Counted from the first letter of the stretch, positions 11,707 through 23,054 are shown. The stretch: DNA of 64,000 nt from an uncultured Verrucomicrobiae bacterium (GCA_963828525.1 CAWHEP010000008.1:384001-448000), one strand, 5' to 3'. Notes: generated by a model from the letters alone, not told the origin. Numbers and translations are program-made.

Positions 11707-11734
11707 TCCGGGGCCGGACTGCGTCTCGCCTTTC

Positions 11735-12661
11735 GTGACGCCCAAAATCCGCGTCGGAACAGCGAGTTGGGCCGATCCGGGGTTCATTAAGGACTGGTAT
11801 CCCGCGCGGCTCGCGGCGCGCGAGCGCCTGGCTTACTACTCCTCCCGCTTCGATTTTGTGGAGGTTAACTCCTCTTTTTATGCGATCCCGCCGCGTCATC
11901 TGGTTGAGCAGTGGGAACGCGCCACTCCCAAGGGATTTCTATTCGATCTGAAGCTGCACAAACTACTTTCCCGCCATGCCTGCACTGCCGCGCTTCTTCC
12001 GGCGGACCTCAGGCCCGCTTCCTCTTCTCCAAAGGATCGCGCGCCACTCACCGCGGAACTGGAGATCGCCGTGGCTCGGAAGTTTCTTGAGGCCGTGGAG
12101 CCGCTCGAACAAGCCTCGAAACTTGGCGTTCTGCTGTTGCAAATGTCGCCCGCGTTCTCACCGCGCCACCATACTCTCGAAGAGCTGACGCCCTTGCTAG
12201 GGTGTTTCAGGCGGGGAGGAGTCGCGGTCGAGCTGCGGAACCACGGCTGGGTCTCGGAGCGACAAATCCTGGCGACGTCGGATTATTTTTCCGGCCACGG
12301 CGTCACGCTGGTGTCGGTGGACGCTCCGGAGAGCGAGCACTTCACGGTCATGCCTTCGCGCGACATCATCACCAATCCCTCCCTCTCCTATGTACGATTG
12401 CACGGGCGCAACGAAAAGGCGTTCATCTCCGGCAAGAGCGTGGCCGAAAGGTTCGACTACGACTACTCAGACGACGAATTGAGCGAAGTCGCGGGCCGTG
12501 TGGGCCTCCTCTCGCAACAAACAGAGGAGGTGCATGTGGTTTTCAATAACAACAGATCCGACCTCGCCCCGCGCGCGGCGGAGAAGTTCCGACGGTTGCT
12601 GGGACAAGGTCCGGTTTCGTCCGGAGAGCGCCCGCATGGACAGCGCGACTTGCGGTTTTAG
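11735..12661 (+). CDS. DUF72 (YecE-like) TIM-barrel protein
   Basis: VGTASW, VEVNSSFYAIP, VELRN, YVRLHGRN and VFNNN. Confidence 0.9.
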   Translation: MTPKIRVGTASWADPGFIKDWYPARLAARERLAYYSSRFDFVEVNSSFYAIPPRHLVEQWERATPKGFLFDLKLHKLLSRHACTAALLPADLRPASSSPKDRAPLTAELEIAVARKFLEAVEPLEQASKLGVLLLQMSPAFSPRHHTLEELTPLLGCFRRGGVAVELRNHGWVSERQILATSDYFSGHGVTLVSVDAPESEHFTVMPSRDIITNPSLSYVRLHGRNEKAFISGKSVAERFDYDYSDDELSEVAGRVGLLSQQTEEVHVVFNNNRSDLAPRAAEKFRRLLGQGPVSSGERPHGQRDLRF

Positions 12662-12739
12662 CGGGTTGCCGCTTTGGAGATTAGCGCGCCACAGTTTTCC
12701 GAAAGACGCTATACTGACGCTTTAACACTCTTATCCCGG

Positions 12740-13759
12740 ATGGACGAAACCCTTGTCACAAAGCTTGTTGAGACTCCAGACACCGCGTTTGATATTTCAC
12801 TGCGGCCTCCGATGTTCGCGGAGTTTGCGGGGCAGTCAAAGCTTAAGGAGCAACTCGAGTTGGTGGTGGAAGCGGCCAGGCAGCGGGGAGACGTCCTCGA
12901 TCACATCCTTCTGAACGGGCCGCCGGGACTGGGTAAAACGACGCTTGCTTACATCATCGCGGCTGCCATGGGGGTAAACATCAAAAGCACCAGCGGCCCC
13001 ATGATCGAGAAAGCGGGCGATTTGGCGGGCCTCCTCACCTCCCTCGAGCGCGGGGACGTGCTCTTCATAGATGAGATTCACCGTCTGCAGCCGACGATAG
13101 AAGAGTATCTATATCCTGCCATGGAGGACTTTAAACTGGATATCATCATCGACCAGGGGCCCAGGGCGCGAAGCATCCAACTTAATCTTCCGAAGTTCAC
13201 CCTTATCGGGGCGACAACCCGCACCGGAATGATCAGTTCTCCTCTGAGGTCGCGGTTTGGCATGAATAGCCGGCTCGACTACTACTCCCCGGAAGACCTT
13301 CAAATCATCGTCAAGCGCAGCGCTGGTTTGATCGGCCTGAACATTGATGACGAGGGGTCATACGAGATCGCCTCAAGGGCGCGCGGCACCCCCCGGATTG
13401 CGAATACCCTGCTCAAATGGACGAGGGATTACGCGCAGGTGAAGGCCGGCAACAACGTGAGCAGGGAAGTAGCGAATCAAGCTTTGCTCATGAAGGAGAT
13501 AGATCAGGACGGCTGCGACGGGATGGATCGCCGCCTCCTGGAGACTCTCATCTACAGGTTTTCTGGTGGTCCCGTTGGACTCGGCTCACTGGCCGTCGCG
13601 GTTGGCGAAGACGCGGCCACCATCGAAGATGTGAACGAACCCTACCTTATCATGCAAGGCTACATGCAACGAACCGGCCAGGGCAGAGTGGCAATGCCCC
13701 TCGCTTATACGAAACTTGGCCTCAAGCCACCCACGAATCAGCCGGAACTATTTGGATGA
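12740..13759 (+). CDS. ruvB: Holliday junction branch migration helicase RuvB
   Basis: [32 protein letters not shown] and RGTPRIAN. Confidence 0.96.
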   Translation: MDETLVTKLVETPDTAFDISLRPPMFAEFAGQSKLKEQLELVVEAARQRGDVLDHILLNGPPGLGKTTLAYIIAAAMGVNIKSTSGPMIEKAGDLAGLLTSLERGDVLFIDEIHRLQPTIEEYLYPAMEDFKLDIIIDQGPRARSIQLNLPKFTLIGATTRTGMISSPLRSRFGMNSRLDYYSPEDLQIIVKRSAGLIGLNIDDEGSYEIASRARGTPRIANTLLKWTRDYAQVKAGNNVSREVANQALLMKEIDQDGCDGMDRRLLETLIYRFSGGPVGLGSLAVAVGEDAATIEDVNEPYLIMQGYMQRTGQGRVAMPLAYTKLGLKPPTNQPELFG

Positions 13760-13835
13760 CCCGCATTTCGATCAGCCTGGACGATTTGCCGAGATCCTCG
13801 ATGGGCTTACATTCCGGAAACTCTCGTTCGGCGTT

Positions 13836-14456
13836 GTGACAGCGGTCTATCCACATCCTGAACTGCCAGCGGAAGTGCCAGTCATGGTCCTTCCGAACGG
13901 GCTCATTTTTCCTCATACCCTCGTTCCTCTCCATATCTTCGAGGAGCGCTACCGGGAGATGCTCGCGTACGCGCTTGAGCGTCACCGCATGTTCTGCATA
14001 GCGCTCCAGCGTCCGGGGGTTGAACAGGCCTCGGAATACGAGGACTTCTTTCACGTCACTGGCCTGGGATTGATACGGGCATGCGTCGGAAGGGATGACG
14101 GGACATCAAACCTCGTCCTCCAAGGAATTGCCCGGGTACGTCTTACCCAGTTCGTGCAGCAGGCTCCTTTTCTGGTCGCCGAGATCGCCCCGCTACCTTC
14201 CGAAGTGCCAAATGTGATTGAAGCGGAGGCGCTTGGCGCCAAGGTGCTCGAGCTGTGCGAGCAGATCCGGTTGAAGGGTGTGCAGATCCCTGCCTCGCTT
14301 GGAGAGCAGCCATCTCACCTTTCAGACCCGGAAGTTATCTGCGACAAAGTTGCAAGCCTTCTAGTCAATGACCCGTTTTACAAGCAGGCGATTCTAGAGC
14401 AGCCCATCGTCACGACACGGCTGCGCATGCTGCTACGCCATCTCGGCGAACTCTAG
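13836..14456 (+). CDS. Stand-alone Lon protease N-terminal (substrate-binding) domain protein
   Basis: LIFPHTLVPLHIFEERYREML and GTSNLVLQGIARVR; no AAA+ or protease domain. Confidence 0.85.
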   Translation: MTAVYPHPELPAEVPVMVLPNGLIFPHTLVPLHIFEERYREMLAYALERHRMFCIALQRPGVEQASEYEDFFHVTGLGLIRACVGRDDGTSNLVLQGIARVRLTQFVQQAPFLVAEIAPLPSEVPNVIEAEALGAKVLELCEQIRLKGVQIPASLGEQPSHLSDPEVICDKVASLLVNDPFYKQAILEQPIVTTRLRMLLRHLGEL

Positions 14457-14462
14457 CCGAAG

Positions 14463-15314
14463 TCAGTTCGACCCGTGGACCACATCCACTGGCTTTTCCT
14501 TCTTCTGCAACGCCCGGCGGAGCTTCAGCAGAGCGATATTCTGCAACTGCCGAATGCGCTCGCGGGTGACGCCGAACTTCTTCCCGACTTCTTCCAAAGT
14601 CTTCGGCTTGCCGCCATCGAGTCCAAACCTTGAGAAAATAATCTTCTTCTCTCGTTCATCTAGGACATCGAGCAAGTCGCCCACCTCGCTGCGCAGGTTT
14701 TTGTCCCTGAGCATCTCGAAAGGCGTCTGAGCTTCTTCATCTCCGACAATTTCACCGAACTCCGTCGAGTCATCATCGCTGATCGGCGCGTCAAGAGAGG
14801 CAGGACGGATCGACACGGTCTTGAGCTGGGAAACCTTCCCACTGGAGATTCCGATCTCCTCGGCCAACTCCTCATCGGTTGGCTCGCGTCCCAGTTCCTC
14901 GCTCATCTGAAGCGAAACCCTGCGCATCTTGGAAATCTTGTCCACCAGATGCACCGGCAAGCGGATCGTCTTGCTTTGATTTGCCAAGGCGCGCTTGATC
15001 GACTGCTTGATCCACCAAGCGGCGTACGTGCTCAGTTTTCCACCTTTCGCGGGATCAAAGCGCTCGACGGCCTTCATCAAGCCGATGTTGCCCTCGGAGA
15101 TCAAGTCCAAGAGGGGAAGTCCCAGATTGGCGTAATCATGCGCAATCTTCACGACAAGACGGAGATTCGAGCGGATCATCAGCGCGCGCGCCTCTTTGTC
15201 CCCTTTTTTGATCTTCGCCGCGAGGCGAATCTCGTCGTCTGGCGTCAAGAGAGGGATCTGCCCAATCTCACGCAGGTAGATTTTTATTCCTGAGTCTGTG
15301 TCTTCCGCACCCAT
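14463..15314 (-). CDS. Sigma-70 family sigma factor (RpoD/RpoS-like, lacking region 1.1)
   Basis: YLREIG, NLRLVVKIA, DLISEGNIGLMKAVERFDP, STYAAWWIKQ and TRERIRQLQ. Confidence 0.93.
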   Translation of the reverse strand: MGAEDTDSGIKIYLREIGQIPLLTPDDEIRLAAKIKKGDKEARALMIRSNLRLVVKIAHDYANLGLPLLDLISEGNIGLMKAVERFDPAKGGKLSTYAAWWIKQSIKRALANQSKTIRLPVHLVDKISKMRRVSLQMSEELGREPTDEELAEEIGISSGKVSQLKTVSIRPASLDAPISDDDSTEFGEIVGDEEAQTPFEMLRDKNLRSEVGDLLDVLDEREKKIIFSRFGLDGGKPKTLEEVGKKFGVTRERIRQLQNIALLKLRRALQKKEKPVDVVHGSN

Positions 15315-15642
15315 AAAATTAGTTCGTCGCCTTTGGATTCCGGCATTCGCGACGTGTCATCAATCTAGATACGAAAGCGAGATGCAAACTGGATTGTATG
15401 TATATTGTATTGTCCTCAAAAATAATTAACAACGTTAATCATTAACCGATTTTGACATCGAGCCGGGTAGTTTGTTCAAAAGTTTCACCTTGGAAAGACA
15501 ATTCGTAAAGAATCTCTGAAAGTGCGTCCAAATCGGGCCGCCGGATGCTTCTGGATGCGCACCCTGCCAAAAAAGTATTTTTGTCCGCACTTGGGGAAGC
15601 GTTGCGGCACCCGCCTCTCCGCAGTGTTTAGATCTGCTCGGG

Positions 15643-17968
15643 CTAAGCCGGGTGCGGAGTCCCAACCGCGTCCCTACGCGGCACGAAACCTTTTCGCCCA
15701 GACCACCATAGGACGATAGGCGCGGCAATAAAGATGGACGAGTAGGTTCCAACTACGATCCCGATGAGGATCGCAAACGCAAAGTCGTGGAGAACAGGGC
15801 CTCCAAACAGGAAGAGCGCCGCGACAGAGAGAAGAGTAACACCACTTGTGAGAATGGTTCTGCTCAGCGTCTCGTTGATCGAGGCGTTCATGATCGCCTG
15901 GATGGATCCCTTCCGGCCTGACCTCATGCCTTCGCGAATCCTGTCGTAGACGACGATGGTGTCGTTAATGGAATATCCCGCGATTGTGAGGATGGCGCCC
16001 ACCATTACGAGCGAAAGCTCCCTGCCACATATCGCAAAAACGCCGGTCGTGATGATGACATCGTGGAAAAGCGCAACAAGCGCGCCGAGCGCAAATGAGA
16101 ACTCGAATCGCACCGTCACGTAGAGGAGGATGCCCAACGCGCCCAAACCGAGCGCAATGAGAGAGTTTTGCGCCAATTCCTTGCCGACGAGCTTCCCTAC
16201 CTTATCGCGCTTGGTCACGATCAGCCTTGCGTCCGGCAGCGCCTTGGCGAGTTGAGCCTCCACCTTGTCACCGGTATCGATGGGGCTGCGGATGCTGATG
16301 TAGTCTTTGTTCACTGCCGCGTCGTGCTCGGCCTGGATCGGACTATCTCCCAGCCCTACCGGTTCAAGCGCCTTGCGCACATCAGCAGGCGATACGGTGT
16401 GGCCGGTTGCCTCGAGTGTGAGGAGATCGCCGCCTTTGAAATCAATGCCAAAGTTCCTTTCACCCCGCAGCGCGAACCCCGCGATACTCACAACGATTAC
16501 TGTGAGGGATATGCCGATCCAGAGGAACCGCTTTCCCATGAAGTCGAAATTTTTGCTGGAAATAAGGTGAAGCATCGACACGCGCTTGAGGATCCCTGCC
16601 TTAAGAGCCCAGCTAAAGCACGTTCGCGTCACCACCATCGCGGAGAACACGGACGCTATAATTCCCACCGTGAGCGTGACAGCAAAGCCCTTCACCGCGC
16701 CGCTTGCCTTCCAGAAAAGGATGGCTGCTGTGATGAGCGTGGTAGCGTTCGCGTCGAAAATCGCGCTGAAGGCCTTATTGTACGCGGCATCAATCGCCGT
16801 TGGCAGCGACTTGTCGAGCGCCAGTTCTTCCCGCAGACGCTCATAGATCAATACATTGGCATCCACCGCCATGCCGATCGTGAGGATGATGCCGGCTATG
16901 CCGGGGAGGGTCAGCACAAAATTGAAAAGACACATCGTTCCAAAGAGGAGGACGATATTCGTCACCAATCCAAAAACGGCTACGACACCGGCAAACCGGT
17001 AGTAGGCCATAACGAAAAGCAAAACGAGAACCAACCCGCCGATGCCAGCAACGATGCCGCTCCGTATGGAATCTGATCCCAGCGTTGCCGAAGTGCTCCG
17101 CGTTTCGTCAATCTTGACTGGTGTCTGAAGCGGATTCTCCAGCACACTCGCGAGATTCCGAGCTTCCTGCTCCGAGAATTGCCCGGTGATCGTCGGTCTA
17201 CCATCGTAAATCGCCTGTTTAATGTTGGGCGCGGACTGCACCGCGCCGTCGAGCACAATTGCCAGACGCTCCCCTTGATGCGCCTCGGTAAGTTTCCCAA
17301 ACTGATCAGTTCCTTTTCCGTTCAACTGGAAAGCGATTCCCCACCCTTGGGCGTCGTAAAAAGGCCGGGACTCCGACACGTCCTCGCCTCCCATCTCCGC
17401 CTTCTTTTTAACGAGGAGGCGAGTCTCCACAGGCTTCCCGTCCGTGGGTCTCCTTATACTTTTCGATCGCATACCCTGGCGGTATAAAACCCGCGCCCGC
17501 GTCGATCTGGGCCAACTTTTCTTCAGAAGAGGGATACACCAGCTTGAACTCCAGCTTCGCCACTTTCTGCAGTTGGTCCTGCGCTTCCCTCATCTTGGCC
17601 TCGTCCAGGCCAGGTATCTGAACCAATATCCTGTCGCTCCCCTGCGGGGTGATCACGGGCTCGCTGACGCCGAATTTATCTATCCGGTTGCGGATCACTT
17701 CGACCGCCTGATCCAGCGAACTCGTGGAAATTTCCTTATCCCCTTCCTTTACCAGCCGGACAAGGAACTCCGTGCCGCCCTGAAGGTCGAGACCCAGGCG
17801 AATCTTTTGCTGTGGGGGATAGATCGAATCGATGCAGAACGCTATAAGCAAGATCGTAAGAACCGTCCCGAGATTGCGCTTCCGGTTGGAAAAATCGGTG
17901 GCAAAATACCATCCGAGCAAGATCAGGAGGACGAGGCCCAGGATGAACGTCCCGATGGGAGGAAGCAT
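15643..17968 (-). CDS. secDF: Fused protein translocase subunit SecDF (frameshift near 17440)
   Basis: LGLDLQGG, GMAVDANVLIYER, GIDFKGG, GYSINDTIVVYDRIRE and GTYSSIFIA. Confidence 0.95.
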
Positions 17969-17973
17969 GGCTT

Positions 17974-18318
17974 TTAGGAGACGACCGCTTCGCCTTCAGA
18001 ACGTTTTGAGACCGTGCCGATGCTCGCCTTGTCCACTTCCATCTTCATATTGTCCGCAACCTTCAGGATAACGGTGGTCTCTTTAACGTTAGAGATCATG
18101 CCGTGAATGCCGCCACAAGCCACCACCTTGTCACCGGTCTTCAATGTGGAAACTAGAGCCTGGTGCTCCTTTTGCTTCTTCTGCTGCGGACGGATCATGA
18201 GGAAGTAAAAGATCGCTCCGATGCACAAGAAAGGCACCAGCATCGTAGGTCCTCCCCCCTGTGGCGAGGAACCCGCGGTGGATGCTTGCGCTAGGAAAAA
18301 CACTGGATCGTAAGTCAT
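17974..18318 (-). CDS. yajC: Preprotein translocase subunit YajC
   Basis: FYFLMIRPQQKKQKEH and LKTGDKVVACGGIHG; upstream of secDF. Confidence 0.93.
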   Translation of the reverse strand: MTYDPVFFLAQASTAGSSPQGGGPTMLVPFLCIGAIFYFLMIRPQQKKQKEHQALVSTLKTGDKVVACGGIHGMISNVKETTVILKVADNMKMEVDKASIGTVSKRSEGEAVVS

Positions 18319-18462
18319 TAGAATAGGGAGTCGAATGGGTCTCTGGAAAAATGGGAAGGTAACTTATGCTGGCAATCCGCTTTTAGTCCAAAGAATTTCT
18401 TCTCTACTGAATTACTACAGTTTTACTTGACCTTCCCTCCGCTATGCGTGATCACTCCGAGC

Positions 18463-18705
18463 GTGGACGACAAAAAGCGCTTCCTTAAATCCTTCTTGCT
18501 GGAGCTGGTGGTCTACGGAGCATTTGTCTCCGCGTACTTCATTCTGGTTCTCCACTACCTGAGTGGATGGATCAAAGGCATCTTCGATCAGCCGAACAAA
18601 ACAACCTACGCGATTGTTTCGGTAGGATTGATGATATGCCAGGGATTGGTCCTGGAGATCGTAACGTCCGCCCTTCTGAAATTCATACGCGACCGTACGA
18701 GCTGA
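18463..18705 (+). CDS. Small two-TM membrane protein
   Basis: Two hydrophobic stretches; first gene of the TauE/USP operon, 7 bp upstream of the TauE gene. Confidence 0.7.
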   Translation: MDDKKRFLKSFLLELVVYGAFVSAYFILVLHYLSGWIKGIFDQPNKTTYAIVSVGLMICQGLVLEIVTSALLKFIRDRTS

Positions 18706-18712
18706 CAACGTT

Positions 18713-19624
18713 ATGGACTTTCTGATCTCAGGCACGCATATCAGTCCGTACTACCTTGTCACCATAGGGTTTTTCATCGGTGTCCTGGGAGGATTTTTCG
18801 GCGTGGGCGGGAGTTTTCTGGCAGGCCCCGCCCTCTTCGTGGCCGGAGTGCCGTGGAATTTCGTTGTCGGAACGGATCTGGCGCACATCGTCGGAAAATC
18901 CATCGTCGCTGCCAAAAAACACCGTGCTTTGGGCAATATCGACTTTAAGCTGGGCTGGATCATGGTCATTGGCACGATCAGCGGTGTTGAAGCGGGAGCG
19001 GACACCATACAATACCTGAAACGCAACGCGCACATCGACATCGTTGTAGGTGTCGCGTACGTAGTGATCCTGGGGAGCATTTCCGCCTTCATGGCATGGG
19101 AAGGATGGAGAACCCTCAAGATGCAGCGGGAAACATCCGGCGCGAACTCGGAAGCCGAGGACGCCACCGCGTTTGCCCACGTTGCCCGGTGGGTGCAGCG
19201 ATTCCACCTGCCGCCGATGGTCAGCCTGCCTATTTCAGGAATCGAGCGGATATCCGTCTGGGCCATTATCCTGATCTCCCTGATCGGCGGATTCTTCAGC
19301 GGCTTCCTCGGCGGCGGCGCGGGCTACATCCGCATGCCCTCCATGGTGTACGTCCTCGGGATCCCGACGCACATCGCTGTTGGCACGGATCTTTTTGAAA
19401 TCATCATCTCGGCGAGCTATGGCACGCTGACACACGCCATGAAGGGCAACGTAGACATAATGATAGCCCTCCTCATGCATACCGGCGCGGCAATCGGCGC
19501 GCAAATCGGCGCTATCTCGACCCAGTATTTCGGTGGCCCGAAAATCCGTCTGGCTTTTGTGCCCCTGCCCATCATAGGCGCTGTCATAGTCATCTATGGA
19601 CTCTTCCACGGCCATAAAGTCTGA
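18713..19624 (+). CDS. Sulfite exporter TauE/SafE family permease
   Basis: Duplicated GFFGVGGSFL and GFLGGGAGYI motifs with VGTDL repeats; about 8 TM helices. Confidence 0.9.
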   Translation: MDFLISGTHISPYYLVTIGFFIGVLGGFFGVGGSFLAGPALFVAGVPWNFVVGTDLAHIVGKSIVAAKKHRALGNIDFKLGWIMVIGTISGVEAGADTIQYLKRNAHIDIVVGVAYVVILGSISAFMAWEGWRTLKMQRETSGANSEAEDATAFAHVARWVQRFHLPPMVSLPISGIERISVWAIILISLIGGFFSGFLGGGAGYIRMPSMVYVLGIPTHIAVGTDLFEIIISASYGTLTHAMKGNVDIMIALLMHTGAAIGAQIGAISTQYFGGPKIRLAFVPLPIIGAVIVIYGLFHGHKV

Positions 19625-20495
19625 CACGCTCCGGTTTCTGCTCTGCAGCGATGGCCATGCCCAGGCGGAGCGGGCCATGCGGTTCATAGCCCCAATCGCC
19701 GGAGCCTGTCACGCGGAAGTAACCCTTCTGGGGATCGTGGAGGATCGTAAAGATGAAGGGCCGCTGCGGGAAGCCTTGCAGCGGGGAGTCGTTCTCTTTC
19801 GCGAGCGGCAGATCGAGGCGGAGGTCATTACGAAAGCAGGCGACCCAGTGGATGAAATCCGCAAACGGACGGAGCAGCTCCAGTACAACATCGTCATCGT
19901 GGGCGCGGAACGCAAAGGGGAAGGAGCGCCCTCATGGATGTCCGAGAAAGCCTACCGGTTGATCAAGCTTACGAGGCCGCCGGTTCTGGTATTCATCGGC
20001 GAACGGGTCACCCTTGAAAGGATCCTCGTTTGCAGCGGTGGAGGGCGCTATATACATAAAGCAGTGGAACTGATCAGCCGCCTCGCGCGCGCTCCAGGCA
20101 TGGAAGTCACCCTTCTCCATGTGATGGCCGAGCCGCCGGCCATGTACGCGAACCTTACCCGCCAGGAAGAGGACGTCGCGCGTCTCCTCTCCTCCAATTC
20201 CGTTCTCGGGCAAAATCTGGTCCGGGAGAAAAAGGCTTTGGAAGCGAAGGGGGTAAAAACGACTGTCCGGCTGAGACACGGGCTTGTTGCCACCGAAATC
20301 TCCCGCGAAGTTCGCGAAGGGGGCTACGACATGGTTGTGGCCGGTTCCGCGCCCGGCGATGGACCCATCCGCAACTATGTGATGGGTGACGTGACCTCGG
20401 AAATCGTGAACCATGCGGCTTGTCCCGTGCTCGTCGTACGCGGTGATCCCAAGGTCAAAACGCGAAACTTTTTCGCGAGACTATTTGGGTCATAG
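19596..20495 (+). CDS. Tandem universal stress protein (two USP domains)
   Basis: LLCSDG...GDPVDEI...IVIVG, then ILVCSGG...YDMVVAGS...MGDVTSEIVNHAACPVLVVR. Confidence 0.88.
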   Translation: MDSSTAIKSDTLRFLLCSDGHAQAERAMRFIAPIAGACHAEVTLLGIVEDRKDEGPLREALQRGVVLFRERQIEAEVITKAGDPVDEIRKRTEQLQYNIVIVGAERKGEGAPSWMSEKAYRLIKLTRPPVLVFIGERVTLERILVCSGGGRYIHKAVELISRLARAPGMEVTLLHVMAEPPAMYANLTRQEEDVARLLSSNSVLGQNLVREKKALEAKGVKTTVRLRHGLVATEISREVREGGYDMVVAGSAPGDGPIRNYVMGDVTSEIVNHAACPVLVVRGDPKVKTRNFFARLFGS

Positions 20496-20512
20496 TCCGC
20501 CGCAGATTCCCT

Positions 20513-21475
20513 TTGAAAGCAGCCGCCCTCGTCCCCAGCCCGCTCAACCCCAGCTGGCTCATCCCAAAAGGCTGGGAAAACATTCTGGGCATCAATATCG
20601 GCTACCGCCTTGGCAATTCAGTCCTGCATCTATGGCGCGTCCAGTTCAACCGCCATGTGCGGCTTTCCGACCCAGCCGAGGTGCAGTCCCATGCGCACCA
20701 CCAGCTCCTTTTCTATCAACGCGGCGGCGGCCAGATGGTGACGAACGGCCATGTCCATGCCGTTGAGAAGGGCAGTATATTCTTTGTCCCCGCGACCTGC
20801 CGCCACAGCTTTCGCAGCGATTCCGCCGAAGCCGCGGTTTGCCTGGCCATTGATTTCAGCGTGGACGAGGCCGCCTATGCGTCCATCGGACTCGGCGGCC
20901 TGCCTTCCGAGTCGGAAGTCGCGATTCTCCTTAGCCTCTTGCACACGGAAACGGTGAAACCCTTCCAGATCGGCGCGTACCAGCAGGGCCTTCTCGGACA
21001 GTGCATCGACGACATCCTCCGGGAGAACGAGGGTCGGGAAGCGGGGTTCGCCTCGATGATCCAGTCGCACCTGCTTCGCCTCATTGCCCTCTGCTTGCGG
21101 GTGACAAGGAGAGCGCAAGGCTTTGGCGAACACTTTCGCCACACCGCGTGGCGTTACTCGCTTCTGACGGAGCGCGTCAACGCCATCCTTCGAGAACACG
21201 CCTTCCGCGACCCGGAGATCACACTGGGTGAGTGCGCCAAGATCTGCGGCACCAGCAGAAACCATCTAAACCGCATCCTCAAGAAGCAGACGGGCAGGAC
21301 ATTCCACCAGCTCCTGCTGAGCCGCCGACTCGAGAAAGCGCAGCGCCTGCTGAAACAAGGCGAACTGAACTGCACCGAAGTCGCTTTCGAAAGCGGCTTC
21401 AAGGACAGCAACTATTTTTCCCGTGTCTTTCGAAAGAGCTTCGGCTACCCCCCATCGAAGGGCATGAAGGCCTGA
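20513..21475 (+). CDS. AraC family transcriptional regulator
   Basis: Cupin HAHHQLLF...HSF and C-terminal EVAFESGFKDSNYFSRVFRK. Confidence 0.92.
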   Translation: MKAAALVPSPLNPSWLIPKGWENILGINIGYRLGNSVLHLWRVQFNRHVRLSDPAEVQSHAHHQLLFYQRGGGQMVTNGHVHAVEKGSIFFVPATCRHSFRSDSAEAAVCLAIDFSVDEAAYASIGLGGLPSESEVAILLSLLHTETVKPFQIGAYQQGLLGQCIDDILRENEGREAGFASMIQSHLLRLIALCLRVTRRAQGFGEHFRHTAWRYSLLTERVNAILREHAFRDPEITLGECAKICGTSRNHLNRILKKQTGRTFHQLLLSRRLEKAQRLLKQGELNCTEVAFESGFKDSNYFSRVFRKSFGYPPSKGMKA

Positions 21476-21490
21476 ACGCGTGATATTTCG

Positions 21491-22087
21491 ATGCTGAACC
21501 CCGGCTTTCTTTTCGCGCATGGCGCGGGGGCGGGGTCTGGGCATCACTGGATGCAAGCGTGGAAACGCCGGCTGGAGACAATCGGCCCAGTGTTTCTCTT
21601 CGACTACCCCTACATCACGTCGCGTCGGGGCCGACCGGATCCGATGCCCTCCCTCGTAAATGCCCACCGCGCGGCCTTGCGGCATGCGCAATCTTCTCAC
21701 ACCGGTCCGGTCGTCCTCGCGGGGAAGAGCCTCGGCTCGCGCGTGGGCTGTCATCTAGCGCTGGAAGAACCGGTTCCGGCGCTCATCTGCTTTGGCTACC
21801 CGCTCCTGGGGGGAGGCGATCCGTCCAAAGCGCGAGACCGCGCGCTTCTCAGTCTGGAGCGGCCCGTGTTATTCCTGCAAGGCACCCGAGACAAGCTCTG
21901 CCCGCTCCCGCTCCTGGAGTCTATCCTTCCACGCATGAAAACCACTACACAACTCCACATCGTGGAAACCGGCGATCATTCCCTGGTTGCCACAAAAACA
22001 CGTCTGAAGATGAGAGGCGAGAGCCAGGAAGACGTGGATGCTCGCGTCATAGACGCAATCACTGCCTTCATCGGAGGACTTCCGTGA
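21491..22087 (+). CDS. Alpha/beta hydrolase (KANL3/Tex30-like)
   Basis: AHGAG, GKSLG nucleophile elbow, GYPL, QGTRD and GDHS. Confidence 0.88.
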   Translation: MLNPGFLFAHGAGAGSGHHWMQAWKRRLETIGPVFLFDYPYITSRRGRPDPMPSLVNAHRAALRHAQSSHTGPVVLAGKSLGSRVGCHLALEEPVPALICFGYPLLGGGDPSKARDRALLSLERPVLFLQGTRDKLCPLPLLESILPRMKTTTQLHIVETGDHSLVATKTRLKMRGESQEDVDARVIDAITAFIGGLP

Positions 22088-22950
22088 AACCACGTGTCAG
22101 GGTTGCCCTCGCCATTCTCTGCTGCATGGCAGGCACCGCTCCGGGACAGGATGCAGGGATGTTCAAAGGCAGCGCCGATCTCGCCAAGTGGAAACTTGTC
22201 TGGAGCGACGAGTTCAACTACCAGGGCGCTCCAGATCCTGCTAAGTGGGGCATGGAAGAGGGGTTCATCAGAAACAACGAACCACAATTCTACACCCGCG
22301 GCCGCTTGGAAAACGCGCGGGTTGAGAATGGCAGCCTCATCATAGAAGCGCGTAAGGAGCCATTCAGAAACCCGGGGTTTGGCCCCGTTTCATCGGCGAA
22401 GGCAGCTCCGCGTTCCCATCAGGAATTTGCGAAATTCACCTCCGCCAGCCTCACCACGCAAGACAAGGCATCATGGCTTTATGGACGCTTCGAAATTCGC
22501 GCAAAAATGCCTGTGGCGCGCGGCACGTGGCCAGCCTTTTGGACGTTGGGCGAGAACATCTCGCGAGTCTCATGGCCCGCGTGTGGCGAGATCGACATCA
22601 TGGAATTCTGGGGCAGGATGCCGCGCTCAGTCACCTCAACCGCGCATTACAGACAGGCGGGAAAGCACCAGAGCGATGGCGGCAAACTGGAAAGCGCGGA
22701 ACCCCTCAACACATTTCACGTTTACGCCCTGGAGTGGTTCCCCGACCACATGGATTTCTTCTACGACGGCGTCCGGTATCACACCGTCGCCCTCTCGAAA
22801 ATGGACGACAACGGCCAGAACGCGTTCCGAAAGCCCCACTTCATCATTCTAAACCTCGCTCTCGAGAACAAAGGCTTGGACGAGGCCTCCCTCCCTCAGT
22901 GCCTCGTCGTTGATTACGTCCGCATCTATCAGACTCGAAGCACGCAGTGA
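22084..22950 (+). CDS. Secreted glycoside hydrolase family 16 (laminarinase-like)
   Basis: Signal peptide, WSDEF, WPAFW, catalytic GEIDIME and VDYVRIY; GTG start overlaps the upstream stop (GTGA). Confidence 0.9.
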   Translation: MKPRVRVALAILCCMAGTAPGQDAGMFKGSADLAKWKLVWSDEFNYQGAPDPAKWGMEEGFIRNNEPQFYTRGRLENARVENGSLIIEARKEPFRNPGFGPVSSAKAAPRSHQEFAKFTSASLTTQDKASWLYGRFEIRAKMPVARGTWPAFWTLGENISRVSWPACGEIDIMEFWGRMPRSVTSTAHYRQAGKHQSDGGKLESAEPLNTFHVYALEWFPDHMDFFYDGVRYHTVALSKMDDNGQNAFRKPHFIILNLALENKGLDEASLPQCLVVDYVRIYQTRSTQ

Positions 22951-23054
22951 AACAACATTTCCCGGGTTAGTTAGAGTCACCCCGGAATCCAGCCTTGAGG
23001 TCGCGGCCGGATTCTGAGAGCCTTTGGTGAATTACTTTTTTTCCAAGAAACTCA

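Noticed and set aside
21559..22083. Long N-terminal extension on the GH16 ORF
   Set aside because: It overlaps the alpha/beta hydrolase in another frame; GTG at 22084 gives a proper signal peptide.
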